A model generated the notes under the pieces. It did not search any database and was not told the origin of the DNA. It saw only the letters and a list, made by a program, of their open reading frames with translations. Below are positions 60,701-64,000 of a DNA stretch of 64,000 nucleotides, one piece after another. A program made the translations under genes and the position numbers. This DNA comes from Orbicella franksi (lineage: Eukaryota), in NCBI GenBank assembly GCA_964199315.1, contig OZ116711.1:22878001-22942000 (forward strand), given 5' to 3'. Numbering within the stretch: position 1 is the first letter of the stretch; every line of letters starts with the position of its first letter.

Positions 60701-62849
60701 CGCCAGAATTGAGGCATTCAGGGTCTCTATAAAATGCTCCAGTTTGGGCATTTTGGTAGATCTTACAGACTGGACTTGCTAACGAACGCTAATCAGCGTT
60801 GTTTATACAAAGACAAGTGATACTAAATCGATTTTACTTCAAGGCAAGGAAAAAACAACAACTGAAACATTAAACAAATACAGCGCGAAACTTTGGTTTT
60901 CTCGTAAAAGACCAAGAGAACGAGAAACACTGACAAAATCATAAAATAACAATAACCCTGCCTACGTGTTGAAATATCATTTATGATGTTCAAATTGTGG
61001 GTTACCGGTACAGTCAACAACATAAAATCACACATTTACACTTTTACAAGTTCTAAATTAGCCTCACCAAGTTCAGTTTCCCTCGCAGTTTCTGGTCGGT
61101 CCTTGTAGAAAGAAGCCAAACTTTTCCTTCGTCTTATCAGTCTAACATAGAAGAATGTTCATATTGGAGTAAATACGGTTCTTATATACTGACCTCCCGG
61201 TCGGATTATAAAGTCCTAATGGACGGTTCTATCCCTGGTATCTATTTCACATTCCATATAGGGGTTTTTAATGGAAGGCCGTTAATCTCCCACACTAAAT
61301 CAGAATAAAACTTGTAAATACAATGAAAAGCACTTAGGCTTTACCAACGTAAGAATATTTTTATTTGCCATTGTTAGAAGAAGCCCTCACGTAGATGCTT
61401 TGGAAAACTTTTTAAGGAGGATGATAGATAAGCGGTTGCAAATCTTTCGGTAATCTTATTACTATCCCAAAAAATTTGAAGTTAAATCTGGTGAATGTAA
61501 AACCAGCCCAGCTGCCACATGTCGCTATATACCGCCATGCTAACACACAAAAACGGCTTCCACTGTTCTTTCCCTATCGCACCAACCCTTCTAGCATTCA
61601 TGTCAACTTGCAAATTCTCCTTTCACGGTAGTACAGTATTCATACATTTTTTAAAGCACTATTTGGGAGAATTTGACAAGTGACAGTTAGACTTTGTGTA
61701 TCATGATTACTTACTCTATTCTTGTATCTTTATCGAACGTGTGAGGGGAAAGTCCCGCCTACAATGTGCAGAATTTTAGTTAGAAGTTAAGTGAAAAAGG
61801 ATAGTAAGTTTAGAATGTCAAGAAATGAGGGGTTAACCGACCCTTTCACTGAAGATAACGACAAAACCGAGAGTTAATTAACATGGTCCAAACTTATAAG
61901 TCTGTGGACAAAAACCAAGAGTGTGACTACTTGAATAGAAACTTTTGAAAAGTCCTTTCGAATACGGTAATGCTTGTCTTTAAGACAAACTTCGGCATTT
62001 TTCACTGTTTGAGACTTTTCCAGGTTTTCTGAATGACTGTGAAGTGCAAACGGTAATTGGGCGCGTCTGATCCTAGATTCCGATCAGTGCTTAATTAAGA
62101 TATATGGTTGGCACGTTTTAATAAACATACTTTTGTTTCAGCTCAATTCAGATCCGGAAAACGTGAGACCCAGAAAACCCCAGTGCGCAAATAGCACTGC
62201 ATCATGTCCAATGTGAAATATTTTCTTCAACATTAACTAATCCGCCATTTAAGAGTTTATCAGCTATTTTTACTCTGCTAAGCGTCTTAGAAAGGATAAT
62301 CCACAAGCTTTGAATGTTATGCGGTACTTATATCTCTCACTTCCACAAAATCCCGTTACTTTTCGTTGTTGCACTCAGACAAGCTGTGCAGATAATTCCA
62401 CCATACTGCCCGCACAGCAAGACAGCAACAATTGTACTGATCAGATGAATTACGTTGGTGCCGATATTTACCGAAAGCCTCTCCAAATGGTGTTCTAATC
62501 GTGTTTTATAAAGGACTTTTGTTGTTGGTTTTGATTTCTGATTCAAACTATAAGACAGCAATATGACGTAAAGACTACAATGCTTTCCCTTTGTTTCGTA
62601 AATCTTACACATGCATGTCTAACGATTAAATTGAGAAATATATTACGTTTACTTTCTGTTTCAATAGTTCAGTCTCCAAAAAATGCAAGTTCTAGAGTCT
62701 TCGTTATCTTGTGTATTTTTATTTAATTTGTCGTCAGGTAAAGGACGAGAAAAACCTGGACGTGTTTTCACATAATCGGCCTTCGTCGGATATTACAGAT
62801 CATTCTGTTGGGCAATGCGGATAGTTAATGAAGAGACTGGAATAATGAT

Positions 62850-63060
62850 AAGGGAAGAATGTGGCAAGGAGGAGATGTGCGTGGCTTGGCCACGTCTTCA
62901 GAATTGATCATCACTCACATCCACGAAATGCACGTACATGGATACCAGAAAACAAAGGAAACGTGGTCAACCGCACGAGACATGGAGGAGAACAGTGGAA
63001 AGAAACCAAGAGACTGGGCAGGTGACAGGGGAGCCTGGAACCAAATCTTACAATCTTGAA
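62850..63060 (+). mobile_element. 3' fragment of an RTE-clade non-LTR retrotransposon
   Basis: The frameshifted translation ARRRCAWLGHVFRIDHHSHPRNARTWIP / RKRGQPHETWRRTVER matches the RTE ORF C-terminal signature RRRWxWIGHVLR...ALxWxP.GKRxRGRPxxTWRRTVE. Confidence 0.75.
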
Positions 63061-64000
63061 CAAAATATTAACGTTTGTGTAGGGAAAATGAGGTTAGATC
63101 ATGGTCTCTTGCGCTTCTAAATTCATTTCCTCCTTCCCAAAATATTATAATGATGAATTCAGGTTAAAATCAAAACGCGCCATTTTTGCGTCATCGAAAT
63201 GTAGAAGGGAGTGGTCTTTTTTTCTTTTTGACTTTATTAAGGAAACTGACATTTATCACTGTCAGACGTACCTATGATTTAATTTACCGGTCATTCGTTG
63301 ATGTTGCCTTATAAATGCGGTTACTCTTTGACTATAAGAAACCGGACTGTAGCAATAAAAGATGAATCACTCCTGAAGTCCTGAACTGATTTCAAATAAT
63401 ATACAATGCTAGCTCCTCTAAGAGTTGAGCACTCTTTGAAATCCATTCACCGCAAGGAAATAGAATTTATGATTTAATTTGCTTATATTCATTAACTTTC
63501 CCAATTCCTGATCATCCATTAAGCTTTTGAAAAATGTGACACTATTTTGCATTAATTAGTTTAAATCCCCGGTATTTGACATGGTCGTGCCTGATAACAG
63601 AAATTATTATGACTGGTCATTGTATAATTCAGTCTCAAATTAAAGCCCTGCGCTAAATTAAAAGCAGAACAGGTTCGCTTTGGACCAAACTTGGTAAGTA
63701 GACATCGAGATATACGTGACAGACGCAATTGTTTTTTCAATATTTTGCATATATTATTTATTAAGTATTTGAAAATGCTTGTAAACTCAGAAGTTACCAT
63801 TGGATTATTACTTGGCCGTCCGGGCACGAATCTTGTCAGGGCTAAAACATCAGCAGTTAGTTATTTGCAAAAGTTGCTTTCGTCTCATTTACGTCGGAAA
63901 ACCCATTGGTACATAGTTTGTGCAATTAAAGGGGACGAAAATACCCCAGCGGAAATCCTGTTTGAGATCAGTACCACTGAGAATTTGCTTGGCGCATTGC

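Noticed and set aside
63926-64000. TTAA|AGGGGACG, possible left end of another Kolobok-like element
   Set aside because: The matching right end would be outside the window, so it cannot be verified.

Overview
This is eukaryotic genomic DNA with GT-AG introns and many MITEs and SINEs. The gene style and repeat families suggest an anthozoan cnidarian, probably a stony coral (inference). Four protein-coding genes are supported. (1) The first two exons of EIF2B2 lie on the minus strand (390-135) and the gene runs off the window. (2) A complete six-exon DCAF15 orthologue (565-6398, +, about 740 aa) sits head-to-head with it, with only 174 bp between the start codons. (3) A 13-exon minus-strand gene (25092-8155, about 1195 aa) encodes signal peptide + I-set Ig + ROR/MuSK-type Frizzled CRD + about 930 aa of unrecognised, beta-rich then Cys/helical sequence, with no visible transmembrane helix or kinase. 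(4) A class A GPCR with an intronless CDS and an NRY motif (57739-56591, -) is melatonin-receptor-like and not an opsin. A 5.76-kb head-to-tail duplication spans 43119-54654. Its copies look identical for 1.3 kb and then differ by roughly 1-2%, so it may be real or uncollapsed haplotypes. One copy carries a clear short template-switch mutation. The rest is intronic or intergenic, with non-autonomous piggyBac-, hAT-, Harbinger-, Tc1- and Kolobok-like elements, LINE and SINE remnants, and tandem repeats. The most novel candidate is the secreted Ig-Fz protein. I found no CRISPR, rRNA or bona fide tRNA genes. All alignments and family assignments were made by eye from recalled sequences; no searches were run.
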